A DNA stretch of 64,000 nucleotides from NCBI GenBank assembly GCA_030390025.1, contig CM059432.1, positions 137,456,001 to 137,520,000 of the forward strand, written 5' to 3'. This stretch comes from Squalus acanthias (taxonomy: Eukaryota). Made by a program: the position numbers and the translations under genes. Of the stretch, positions 25,656-37,566 are shown piece after piece (the stretch's first letter is position 1; every line of letters begins with the position of its first letter). The notes beneath the pieces were generated by a model. It ran no database searches. It saw nothing but the letters and a program-made list of their open reading frames with translations, and was not told the origin of the DNA.

Positions 25656-27824
25656 TATCCTGTAGACTGAGAGGAATCTTCAGTCCTTCCCGATACGGTT
25701 ATTAATTTTATAGGGTGCTTCCCCAAAACTAGCAGTTCAGGTTAGGATGCTGCTTAGTTATGTAAAGTACAGGTGTCTACATTGTTCACTGTGGTAATTT
25801 TGGGTCAAGAGCAATGATTGGAACAAATTAACACTGCTATTTAAAGCATTAGGACTAGTGTGTGAATGTGTTGGTGGCTGCAGCAATGAGTCTCGGCCAG
25901 AAGCACAGCATGTTTAATCTTTACTGCAAGTTTAATGTCGGGCACCTTTTATGCTTAAGGTTTGGTTGCTGTTTCAGGAGAGCTACCTCCATGCATTGCT
26001 CTCACCCCTTTTATATTCTGTGTCGGGAATTGGTCTTTAAGACGTGCGGAGTTTGCCTCATCGGCACAGTTCTAGACCCACACACGCACACAAGGCTGCA
26101 ATGCTGAGAGTTCAGTTGGGCTGAAATGCCTGTTTCTATGCTGTAGACTCTCTTATGTAATTCTTTACCCGCCTCTGGACTCTTGGAGCTTTCAAGACTG
26201 AGATCGATAGGTTTTTGTTGGGTAAGGGCATCAAGGGATAATGTGCGAAGGCGAGTAAATTAAGTTGAAGTACAGAACAGGCTCGAGGGGCTGAATGGCC
26301 TCCTCCTGTTACCATGTTCCTGTGTATGAAGGGAAGATTAGACTATGTGTAGTTGGAGTGAGGGGGTGGATTGAACCTCCATATACATTCGTTGGTTCCA
26401 CAGTGAGACTATAGCCTAAGGCATAATACGCCTGAGCTGGTCATGCCCAGTAAGCGGGTTAATTTTTAAATGATTACAATTTCTCATCCGGACATGGTGA
26501 ACATTTGAATTGAATGCTCTCTGTGTTTTAATGAACAATGAAAATGCTTGTTCCTTCTTTTTTTTGTGGGTTTGCTGCCTTCTGAGGGGCCTGTTACAAG
26601 ATACAAACTGGACAGATGGCAGCGAGCAGATGCCCAACAATCAAGCCACACTGGCAGCTACAAGAAGCCTGGCACGGCTTTATCTGTCTGTTCGAGGCAA
26701 ATTAACATCATCATTCCCTAAGTTGTCTAGTTGACCTAAATTCCCGGGATGTCTAGTTCCTCATTAATATTTATGGATAACTGGACATTCCCCACGGACT
26801 CCCAGACCTATTGTTTATTGGTGGTTCTTTCCTTTTTTAAAGGCTGAGGCTATCTGTGCAAGGTCATTTTTAAACATTTTCCCCATCCCTATCTGTGCTG
26901 TGTTCTCCATCTGAGCATGCAGGTGGGCAGAGTGCTCCTGGAGCTTGTACCCATGCTGCCATTTAACTCGCTGCTCGAAGACCCTTTCAGCATGCCCTTG
27001 CCCATTATGACTTGTCAGTCTTCACCTCACTCTTCACATGGCTAAGATTAGTGAGCTAAACAAGTGGAACATTGTGGAGTTGAGGGGTGGTTGATAGACT
27101 CCATGGAATTTATTTTCCTTTTTAACTTCATACACAAGAAAGGAAATCAATTGAAAATATCATAGTTCCCCTTTGGGTTCAACAAGTAGTCTGGCAAAGT
27201 CGCCCTGCGTGTAAAAGAGTCGTAAAATATTGTTACAAAATGGTTGAAAACCAATTTAAAAGTGCGCATTTAATTCTAAATAGGAACGACCGCGTACTTT
27301 CAAATTGTGGCATTGCTCACCATTAAAAGGTGTCAGAAGCATTACTTCAGCTTAGCTCAGCAGTAATGACTTGCCTAGCCCTTTTATAGAGCTGAATGCA
27401 GTTCCTGCCAACGTCTGCCATCTAAAATATTGTTGTAACATAAAAATCTGCCCTTGCAAAAACAGAGGAATAAATCTTGTGCTTTTGGCTATTTCTAGCC
27501 AAGTCATCCAGGAAAGCTAGCTGAGTTCTCATCCAAGAACAAGTACTAAATTGCTTCAAATTGTCCCACACATCCATATGTGCCTAATGGCAGCCAAACC
27601 AGAAGGTTCGCTGTATGACTATATTGGACAATTTTTTAAATTTAATGTAATATTGTAAATAATAGGTTTAGTACAGAGAAAGATTGCTCGAGAGAAAAAT
27701 TTGGGAGCTGGAATGGGGCAAATATAATGCATGTGACGATGACTTTCTGCAATTTGTCCCAATTAGGCAGAAGAAGTCTGTTGTCTTTGTATCTGATCAA
27801 AATGAACAGAGTTCCTAGATGGGT

Positions 27825-28232
27825 CACCCCTGTGCTCGCTGACCTACATTGGCACCCAGTCCAGCAACACATCGTTTTTTTTCTCATCGTTGTTTTCAAA
27901 TCCCTCCATGGCCTTGTCCCTCCCTATCTCTGTAACCTCCTTCAGCCCTACAAGCCTCCGAGATCTCTGCGCTCCTCTAATTCTGGCCTCCTGAGCATCC
28001 TCGATTTTAATCACTCCACCATTGGCGGCCGTGCCTTCAGCTGCCTAGGCCCTAAGCTCTGGAATTCCCTCTCTAGACCTCTCTCTGTCCTTTTTAAGAT
28101 GCTCCTTAAAACCTGCCCAATATCCCCTTGTGTGGCTCGGTGTCAAATTTTGTCTGAGAATTGCTCCTGTGACGCGCCTTGGGACGTTTTACTACATTAA
28201 AGGCGGTATATAAATGCACGTTTTTGTTGCTG
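27825..28232 (+). mobile_element. L2 3' fragment
   Basis: Peptide VTPVLADLHWHPVQQHI...GRAFSCLGPKLWNSL. Confidence 0.85.
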
Positions 28233-28610
28233 TCGTCGTTTTCTTCCACTTACCCACTGGGAGACACCAGCCGTGCTCATTTTAAGGTAGACTACCTTAA
28301 GCAAAAGAAAAAAGGGCCAGCTTCTGTTAGATTAGGGAATAAACTTATTAGATATGGCTGGGTTTTTATCAGGCATGTATCACAATATATTCCAGATCCC
28401 ACAAGTTGTTCTTCGGTCGTGGGCTGCTGTTGAGACTCATCTTGAAAAGGACAGTCAGTGGCCAAGGATGTTTTCTCTTGAGTTTTTCTTGGTTTTTGCC
28501 CTTGATTCGAGAGTTGCACCTTTTCTCTCAGCAAACCTAGGGGGATAAATGTGATAAAACATTTCATTTGCACTTTTATGGACGTTCTACATGTACCGAG
28601 CACAGACATG

Positions 28611-29027
28611 AAAGAAAGAACTTGCATTTATATAATGCTTTTCACGACCTCAGGACATCCCAAAACGCTTTACAGCCAACGAAGTACTTTTGAAGTCTAG
28701 TCACTGTTGTAGTGTAGGAAATGCGGCAGCCAATTTGTACACAGCAAGCTCCCACAAACAGCAATGTGACAATGACCAGATAATCTGTTTTACTGATGCT
28801 GGTCAGGACACCGGGGATAACTCCCCTGCTCTTCTTCGAAATAGTGCAGTGGGATCTTTTACGTTCACCTGAGGGGGCAGACGGGGCCTTGGTTTAGCGT
28901 CTCATCCAAAAGTCGGCACCTTCGACATTGCAGAATTCCCTCAGTGCTGCACTGGTAGTGTCAGCCTAGATTTTTGTGCTCCAGTCTCTGGAGTGGGACT
29001 TCAACCCACAACCTTCTGACTCAGAGA
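28611..29027 (-). mobile_element. SacSINE1-like SINE
   Basis: Reverse complement of the SINE consensus. Confidence 0.8.
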
Positions 29028-29092
29028 CAAGTCTCTTCTCACAAAACCTGATTTGTATAAACCTTGTTATTAACTTGAAACTTTGAGAGCAT

Positions 29093-29743
29093 GGGGTAAA
29101 AATTGGGTAGCCCCCCCTTTGGGGCGCTACCTTCGCCGGGGCGCTAATTTTAGCACCCTGAAAAAGTTAGCGCCACTGCGGCCGATTTTCCCAGGTAGCG
29201 CCCTGAGCGGGAGGAGGGACGCTACTGGAAGCGCCCCGCGTCCCTCTTGGGGCGCTGTGAGCCAATATCGCGGCGCTATGTGCCGCAGTACTGCAGGCCT
29301 TCCTCCCCTTATTAAAGGGGAGGGGCCTGGCGCAGCGCGTCCCGGCGCCCAACTGGGCCATCAGGGATCGGGAGTGCCGGGCTCACGGAGAGCAGCCGGC
29401 ACCCCACGGGGGGGGTGGGGGGGGCTTCATAGGGGCTGGGGACAGCAACGGGGGCAGGTGCTGGCAGGCGGCCAGCAACAAAAATGGCCTCCCACCACCT
29501 CCCCTTTAACTAGCGCTGCCCTGGCCGCGGGTAGGCCCCCCTGACCTCAGCGGACATAGCGTTCGGCGGTAAGTCGGGGGCCGCCACCCAATATTACAGC
29601 CGGGGCGCTGCGCACGGTGATGACATCATCGCCGGCGGCGCAGCGCCGCGCGACGCTAACTGTTAGCGCCGCCACCAGGCGCTAGTTGATTTGCGCCCCG
29701 TTAGCGCCCTACAGGAGGCGCAAATCAACCGAATTTAGCCCCC
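29093..29743. mobile_element. Harbinger-like MITE, TSD CAT
   Basis: Ends GGGGTAAAAATTGGG / CCGAATTTAGCCCC; CAT on both sides; close copy at 33540-34200. Confidence 0.8.
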
Positions 29744-30328
29744 CATAAGTTTTAATGTTAAAACAAAAAGGAAGATTGGCATGTCATTAAATTTAATTTA
29801 ATGTTTTTCTCCCAAGTGCATTTCTTCCATTTTTAAGTGCTTTTCATTTAATGAGTTTCCACAACAAGGTTTAGAGTGTACCAACAAGGAAACCCATTCC
29901 ATTGCTGCGATACAAATAGGAATGTTTTTGTTTTTAAATCCCGTGTTTCTTTTTTTTATATTTTGCAAATTTGCCAGAAATTGCAGGATTGCTTGGGAGA
30001 ACAGGCCTAACAACACACACAAACCCTTTGCTGAAGGGTATTTGTGTTTGGCAGAATAAAAGTGAAAGGAAAAGGAGGTGAATAATTTATACCTCATCTT
30101 GTGCTCTGCAATGACTGAAATTATTATTTTTTCCAGAAGTAACTGGGGAAACATCATAAATAGTCATTTTCATTGAGTAATTAATAACCCATTAATCGTC
30201 AGCAAATAAACAATGCACTCGAGTTCAGTGGACATGTATGTTGGTGTTTGAGCTCCGGAAATCTAATGGCCGCGTCGAATGCCGTGGGGATTTCTGGTTT
30301 ATGATGTACAGTATGGAACGCAGTTTAT

Positions 30329-31080
30329 AGAATCATAGAATGATACAGCACAGAAGGAGGCCATTCGGCCCATTGTGCCTGTGCCGGCTCTTTGGTAGAG
30401 CAATCCAATTAATCCCACTCCCCCGCTCTTTCCCCATAGCCCTGTAAATTTTTTCCCTTTTAACTATTTATCCAATTCTCTTTTTGAATGTTATTATTGA
30501 ATCTGCTTTCACCACACTTTTAAGGCAATGCATTCCAGATCGCAGCAACTCGCTGTGTTTAAAAGAAAAAGTTTCCTCATGTCGCCTCTGGTTCTTTTTC
30601 CAATCACCTTCAATCTGCGTCCTCTGGTTACTGACCCTTCTGCCATTGGAAACGGTATACTCCTTATTTACTCTATCAAAATCATTTTGAACACCTCGAT
30701 CAAATTTCCTCTTAACCTTCCTTCTCTGCTCGAAGGAGAACAATCCCAGCTTCTCCGGTCTCTCCACATAACTGAAGTCCCTCATCCCTGGTACCATTCC
30801 AGTAAATCTCCTCTGCACCCTCTCCCAAGATCTTGACATCCTTCCTAAAGTGCGGTGCCCAGAATTGAACACAATCCTCCAGCCGAGGCCTAACCAGTGC
30901 TTTATAAAGGTTTACCATAACTTCCTTTGCTTTTGTACTCTGTGCCTCTATTAATAAAGCCAAGGATCCCGTATGCTTTTTTAACAGCCTTCTCAACTTG
31001 TCCTGCCACCGTCAAAGATTTGTGCACATATAGCTCCAGGTCTCTCTCTTCCTGCACCCCCTTTAAAATTGCACCATTTT
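30329..31080 (-). mobile_element. CR1 3' fragment
   Basis: Minus peptides LYKALVRPRLEDCVQFWAPHFRKD and QRRFTGMVPGM; (atagaatc)n tail. Confidence 0.85.
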
Positions 31081-31107
31081 AGTATAACGTTACCATTATG
31101 TATAATA

Positions 31108-31390
31108 ACAGCAGCAGCTTGCATTTTACAGTGTCTTTAACGTGGCAAAATGTCCTTAGGTGCTTTTCAGGAGCTTTATCAGATGAAATTTGACACCGAG
31201 CCACATGAGGAGGCATTAGGAACGGTGATCAAAAGCTTGGTCAAAGAGGCTGGTTTTAAGGAGCATCTTAAAGGAGGGGAGAGAGAGGCGGAGAGGTTTA
31301 GGGTGGGAATTCCAGAGCTGATGTGGCTCGGTGTCAAATTTTGCCTGATAATGCTCCTGCAAAGTGCCTTGGGACATTTTACTACGTTAT
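31108..31390. mobile_element. L2 3' end with internal inversion
   Basis: aaatttgacaccgagccacat (~31186) and its reverse complement atgtggctcggtgtcaaattt (31321). Confidence 0.7.
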
Positions 31391-31394
31391 ACTT

Positions 31395-31765
31395 GCAGCA
31401 TCTACCCTGTCAAGCCCTCTTAAGAATTTTATACATTTCAGTGAGATCACCTCTCATTCTTCTAAACTCCAGAGAGTATCGGCCCATTCTACTCAATCTC
31501 TCCTCCATAGGGGACAGCCCTCTCATCCCAGAGATCAATCGAGTGAACCTTCGTTGCACCCCCTCAAAGGCAAGTCTATCCTTCCTTGGGTAAGGAGACC
31601 AAAACTGTGCACCGTACTCCAGGTGTGGTCTCACCAAAGCCCTATATAATTGTAGTAAGACTTCTTTACTCTTGTACTCCAACCCCCTTGCAACAAAGAC
31701 TAACATACCATTTGCCTTCCTAATTACTTGCTGTAGCTGCATGCTAACTTCCTGTGATTCATGTG
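31395..31765 (-). mobile_element. CR1 fragment
   Basis: Minus ORF LYRALVRPHLEYGAQFWSP...RRMRGDL. Confidence 0.85.
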
Positions 31766-31893
31766 CACCCAAATCCAAATATAATTACGCCAACAAAAGT
31801 GACAGATGAGTCTCACAAGTTATCACTTTAATGTTTTCTATGTCAAATAACGTGCTGTATTTTTTTTTTCTTTCACAGCTCCAAAAGGTCAGA

Positions 31894-31950
31894 ATGGGCA
31901 ACCAGTCTGGTAAACATGAATCCCATCATACTAGTGACCAGCCAGCCAAA
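31894..31950 (+). CDS. MBP: First coding exon of probable Golli-MBP (exon 31879-31950; MGNQSGKHESHHTSDQPAK, phase-0 donor)
   Basis: Acceptor tttttttttctttcacag|C at 31878/9, strong Kozak AGAATGG, donor AAA|GTAAGG at 31950/1. The peptide resembles the mammalian Golli N-terminus (mouse MGNHSGKRELSAEKASK), which is also encoded by a short phase-0 exon 2 after a non-coding exon 1. Recalled similarity over only 19 aa; no downstream exon found in the window. Confidence 0.7.
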
Positions 31951-32094
31951 GTAAGGACACCTGCTCTACTTACTGATGTTAATTGTCTCTTTTTAAGTGT
32001 GTGCGCATAGTATATCTCCAGTTTTAAAATTACACATGGTGTAAAGTCGTTTAATAGTTGGATAGAATTTTGATTCACTTTTTTAATCCGGTTA

Positions 32095-32551
32095 GAAAGA
32101 AAGAACTTGCATTTATATAGCACCTTTCACGTCCTCAGGATGTCCCAAAGCGCTTTACGGCCAATAAAGTACTTTTGAAGTGTAGTCACTGTTGTAATGT
32201 AGGAAACGTGGCAGCCAATTTGTGCACAGCAAGCTCCCACAAACAGCAATGTGATAATGACCAGACAATCTGTGTTTTTAGTGATGTTGGTTGAGGGATA
32301 AATATTGGCTGGGACACTGGGGCGAAGTCCCCGGCTCCTCTTCAAAATAGTGCCGTGGGATCTTTCCGTCCACCTGAGACGGTTTAATGTCGCATCCAAA
32401 AGACGGCACCTCCGACAGTGCAGCACTCCCTCAGTACTGCATTGGGAGCGTCGGGCCTGCATTTTGTGCTCAAGTGTCTGGAGTGGAGGCTCCGAACCCA
32501 CAATCTTCTGACTCTGAGCTAAGAGCGCTGCCCGCTGAGCCACGGCTGACA
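32095..32551 (-). mobile_element. Full-length SacSINE1-like SINE
   Basis: Head to tail match to the consensus. Confidence 0.85.
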
Positions 32552-32890
32552 CCTGATACTTGAAGTATCACAAATGATGGTTTCCTGGCCAGCTTTGGGC
32601 AGAGCATCTTGCTCTGCTGAATCTGCTTCCAATTGTTTGTTACCACAAGATTTCCAAAGCCTCCTTATTTGGAGATGCATGTATGATTCATGAAACAAAG
32701 CTGTGGTGTGGTGGTAGCCGACTTGTTAGATAAACAGGAAGCTATTGCACCAGGCTCCCGCCCTGTTTTCTCCAGCGTTGCAAGTCTTTCCGTGCGTGCT
32801 GGAAGTGCTGCCTGATTGTAGGCCTCTGGTCTGCCCACTATTTTCAGAACCTCCAAGTATGCTTGATGGGCTTCACTTGAGGATAAAGTA

Positions 32891-33269
32891 TAGGGTCGCC
32901 TTCCCCTCACAGGATCGCCCTGGAGCCTCCAGGAATTAAAGGTAAAATTCCAGGACACTGCTGTGAGCAAACCTAGGAGAAAAATCAAATATCATACAAT
33001 AAATTTTTGCTTTCATTTTCTTTGAAAGCGTTTTGTTTTATTTAGTTACAAAAATATTGGGAAATGCGGGGCTGGGGGAAGGCAGTCAAGAATCATCTAA
33101 TCGGGTAACAGAGTTGGTTTGCTTTCCAATTGGTGTGGCGTGCCCTGAGGCCTGAGGTTGGGCATGTTGAGAGCCGCCATTAGTGGGAGTGTGGGGGCGG
33201 GGCAGTTGGAGGCACGAGGTCATGTGATGAAAGCTCTTGGATTGCGTCCAATCTGAGCTGGCCACCCTA
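32891..33269. mobile_element. hAT-like MITE (TAGGGTTGCCA TIR family)
   Basis: Ends tagggtcgcc / ggccacccta; related to 50297, 51776, 54267 and 60368. Confidence 0.7.
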
Positions 33270-33539
33270 CTATAAAAGCATGTTTGTTTTAATTTGCTGT
33301 TAATCAGAGCAGGTCATCAGAAGGTAATGAGTATAGCCAGAATGCCAGCATATCACTTTCATCCCAGTTATCTTTGATCTAAAGTGCCCCTGTGACTTAT
33401 TAATATTTCAAAAAAGGTTTTCCACTATCTCTGCTAACGGGGAGAAGAAGAAAAACGATTAGTTTGCCAATCACTTCTTTTGAAAAACCGATGACCGCTT
33501 TTAAAAAATATTCTGAGGTAAATGTATTTTACATTTCTA

Positions 33540-34200
33540 GGGGTAAAAATTGGGTAGCGCCCCCTATCTTTGCTGGAGCGCTAATTTTAGCGCCCCGAAA
33601 ATGTTAGCACCCCCGCGGCCAATTTTTCCAGATAGCGCCTCGAGAGGGAGGAGGGGCGCTACTGGAAGCGCCCCACGTCCCTCTTGGGACACTGGCGCTG
33701 TGGCACGTCGCGCCGCGGTACTGCAGGCCTTCCTCCCCTTATTAAAGGGAAGGGGCCTGGCGCAACGCGTCCCGGCGACCAGCTGGGCCACCAGGGATCG
33801 GGAGTGCCGGCACTCGAGGAGTGCCGGGCTCACGGAGAGCAGCTGGCACCCCGCGGGGGGGCTTCACGGGGGCCCGGGACGGCTGAGGGGGCAGGTGCTG
33901 GCAGGCGGCCAGCAACAAAAATGGCCGCCCCGGCCGCAGGTAGGCCCCCTTGACCCCGGCGGACATAGCGGCCGGCGGTAAGTCGGGGGGCGCCACCCAA
34001 TATTACAGCCGGGGCGCTGCGCACGGCGATGACGTCATCGCCGGTGGCGCAGTGCGGCGCTAATGGTTAGCGGCGGCGCTAACCTCCCGTTGAATTTCGC
34101 GGGAGGCGTCAGCGGCGCCGCGCACAGGCGCTAGTTGATTTGCGCCCCGTTAGCGCCCTAGGGTGCTAACTGGAGGCGCAAATCAACCGAATTTAGCCCC
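33540..34200. mobile_element. Harbinger-like MITE, TSD CTA
   Basis: CTA|GGGGTAAAAATTGGG ... CCGAATTTAGCCCC|CTA. Confidence 0.85.
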
Positions 34201-34279
34201 CTAGTTTTTTAACCCCCCCCCCCCCAACACACACATTCCATATCTTCTTCTTGTAAACAGTGACCCATGGTGAGATACT

Positions 34280-35314
34280 GGCCTCGATATTAACACCACC
34301 ACAACAGTCAAGGGGGGGATGTTAATTTAAACTGGGAATGCGTCTCCGACCCGCCCCGTACGCACCCGTTACCATATTTACGCCGTGCGAGTGCCCTGCC
34401 CTCGAGAGGCGGGACACTTCATTCACGTATTTAAATCCAGTTCCCACAGTGCAATTAGGAGCTCGATTTTAAATGCAACAATTGCCAGCCAGGTTTCACA
34501 GAATCACAGAATCCCCACAGTGCAGATAGAGGCCATTTCGGCCCATCAAGCCTGCACCGACACATATCCCACCCTATCCCAGTAACCCCACGTATTTAAT
34601 CCCCCCTAACACTAAGGGTCAATTTATCATAGCCAAATCAACCTAACCCGCACATCTTTGGACTGTGGGAGGAAACCGGAGCACCCGGAGGAAACCCACG
34701 CAGACATGGTGAGAATGTGCAAACTCCACATAGACAGTCACCCGAGGCCGGATTCGAACCCGGGTCCCTGGCGCTGTGAGGCAACAGTGCTAACCACTAT
34801 GCCACCGTGTTTCCCAGGGGTCGGGGAAATCGGCAGTGAAAGGGAGACGGGAGCTGACGGTCCACAAGGTAAGTGCTTTTGCAGAGCACTCCTTGTGGGC
34901 CAGGAGGAACAGGAATACCCCCCCCCCCTGCCCCCAGCCCCTCGAGGAAGCCTCCGGCCTCCTCCCTGCCGATCATGGCCCCTCTCTTTCTCTCTCTCCC
35001 CCCACTGCGATTGGTGACCTTCCCCTCCCCCTCCCCCCACCGATTGCCACTCTCTGCCTCCCCCGCCCTGCACCAAGACCTGATCTCGCGTGCTCTCCCT
35101 CCCGATTGGCGCTCACATCCTCACCCACCGTCCCCCCCCGTTCCTTTCCCCCCTACCCCCTTGATCTGTAGCATCCTTCCTCCCGAATGCCTGTCAATCT
35201 GTCCGGCTGCCGGACGGGAAACGGAAGGAACGAAATGATAATGTGGTCCTGCCATTAAATTCGACACTTCCCGCAAACACGCTCACCCAGTCCCTCCCCG
35301 TAGATATCGGGCCC
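34280..35314. mobile_element. Harbinger-like MITE (second family), TSD ACT, with nested SINE
   Basis: ACT|GGCCTCGATAT ... ATATCGGGCCC|ACT; related copy in opposite orientation at 49493-50141. Confidence 0.7.
34497..34809 (-). mobile_element. HE1-type V-SINE
   Basis: Minus strand: tRNA-like head (tagtggttagcactg, ggttcgaatcc), V-domain gtgggtttcctccgggtgctccggtttcctcccacagtccaaagatgtgc, CR1-like tail. Confidence 0.85.
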
Positions 35315-36044
35315 ACTGTTACATGGGCACAGTTGCCCTCTGTCTAGCCTTCAACAGGATTAGTTGGGTGAGATGCCGCCAATGTTGGCAGGTTATTCAA
35401 ACTGCCTGCATCGCCACTGGGCCTATTGTCCAAACGTACAGTTTCCATCACAGGTTAGCAATCAACAGCAAAAACCCAAAGAGCATCGCACCCCCCCCCA
35501 CCTCCCCCCCGCACCCCCCCCCACCCTCCCCAGACCAAGGACACTAAGACTAATCAAAGTACTTTGAGCACTGCCTGCTGAGATCAGCTAACTGAACACA
35601 GGCGAGGAAATGAACTCCCAAGTGTTCCTGCTCTGTATTGTTCAATAACACACCAGACGTTGTTCAGTCGGCCTGTACGTTTATTTTAAAATTAAACAAA
35701 TTGATTAACTTTTCATCGTTTTTATTGCCGAGTTGCATTTGAAGCTCCAAATTGATGTTTGCCTGCACCCAGGGACAATGAACAGTGCCAGCAGGATAGT
35801 TGAAGGCTTTGTTCTCCTAATCCCTGTCTCGAGTCAATTAAATGACTGTTGAGCCTGTGAAAACAGTCAATGAGGAACAAGGTCCTTATGTAGTAGCTGT
35901 TGGTTTTAGAGCCACATTGCTACTGAAAGGACTTGCCTGTTAATGGTATTAAAATAATATTGAAGGATAAAGGTACTGAATGACTTTCAGCTCAATAAAT
36001 TGATGTAAATGCAGCCTTTATTATTTAATATGTGTGTGTGTATA

Positions 36045-36718
36045 TATATATTCTTTGAAGGTGGCAGGACAAGTTGATGAAGCTGTTAAGAAAGCATACA
36101 GGATCCATGGCTTTATTAATAGAGGCAGAGAGTATGAAAGCAAGGAAGTTATGGTAACCCTTTATAAATCACTGGTTAGACCTCAGTTAGAATATTGCGT
36201 CCAATTCTGGGCACCGCACTTTAGGAAGGATGTCAAGGCTTTGAAGGGGGTGCGGAGGAGATTTGCCAGAATGGTACCAGGGATGAGGGAATTCGGTCAT
36301 GTAGAGAGAAGCTGGGATTGTTCTCCTTTAGAGCAGTGAAGGTTAAGGGGAGATTCAATAGAGATATTCAAAAGTTCTGAGGAGTTTTGAGTAGATGCGG
36401 AAAAACTGTTTCCACAGAGAGGAGGGTCGGTAACCAGAGGAAACAGATTTAAGATAATTGGCCAAAAAAGCCAGGGGGCGATGAGAATTTTTTTTTTTTA
36501 CTCGGCAAGTTGTTATGATCTGGAATGCACTGCCTGAAAGGGTGGTGGAAGCAGTTTCAATAGTAACTTTCAAAAGGGATATACTTAAGCAAAAAATTGC
36601 AGTGCTGTGGGGAAAGAGCAGGGGGAGTGGGAATAATTGGATGGCTCTTTCAAAGAGCCGGCACAGGCACAATGGGCCGAATGACCTCCTTCTGTGCTGC
36701 ATGATCCACGATTCTATT
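36045..36718 (+). mobile_element. CR1 3' fragment
   Basis: LYKSLVRPQLEYCVQFWAPHFRKD; WNALPERVVEA. Confidence 0.85.
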
Positions 36719-37566
36719 TACAAGCAAATTAAGAAAAAAGAATGTTGCCATATTCTCTACATTTTTAAAGCGGAGGCACAGAAATATGATGACCTGACGA
36801 CATCAGCTCCCAGAACCTCCTGCGGTTCACTGCGTTCAAAGAGCAGAATGCTTTGCTTTGCAGATAACACAGAGACGATAATGTCGATAAAAAGATTGGT
36901 GCCGCTTTCAAACACCTGAACTTCAAAATTAGAGCTAGGCTGTTCAGGGGTGATATCGGCGAGTCCTTCTTCCCACAAAGGGTAGTGGAAATCTGGAACT
37001 CTCTCTCCCCGAAAAAGCTGTTGAAAATTTCAAAACGGAGATTGATTAGATTTTTGTTTGGTAAGGGTATTAAGGGATATGGATGGAGTTAAGATGCAGA
37101 TCAGCCATGATCTAATTGAATGTCGGAAGAAGCTCGAGGGGCTGAAAGGCTTACTCCTGATCTTATGTTCCTAACCATTAAGAGACCTTAAACTATTCAT
37201 GTTCTTTCAACTATTGACGCTGTTCTTTGGCTCTATTCAGTGTTTTTTTTTACAAATTATTACTACAGTTGTTATAGTTGGCACTTGAGTGTTATCTCTG
37301 GCGGTTGGAAGTTCTTGATCTATTGTCTGGCAAATTGGAAATGACAGATCGAGCTCCACACCCTGTGATCAAGTGTATTTAGTTGGGGTGGGGAGGTGGA
37401 AGAAGAGAGTCTCCCGATACGAGCAGCAAGGTTCTTTTTCTGCTTTGCTACTCTTTTTTTTACTTTGAGTATCATGGGAAGGAAACTACAACTGTTGTAT
37501 TGGGGATTTTATGATGATCTATTGAGTGAGAACTTTAGGTAATATATCTACAGAGCCCATTGAGTA

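Noticed and set aside
29083..35238. Gly/Pro/Arg-rich ORFs of 80-150 aa
   Set aside because: They lie inside GC-rich MITEs and are compositional artefacts.
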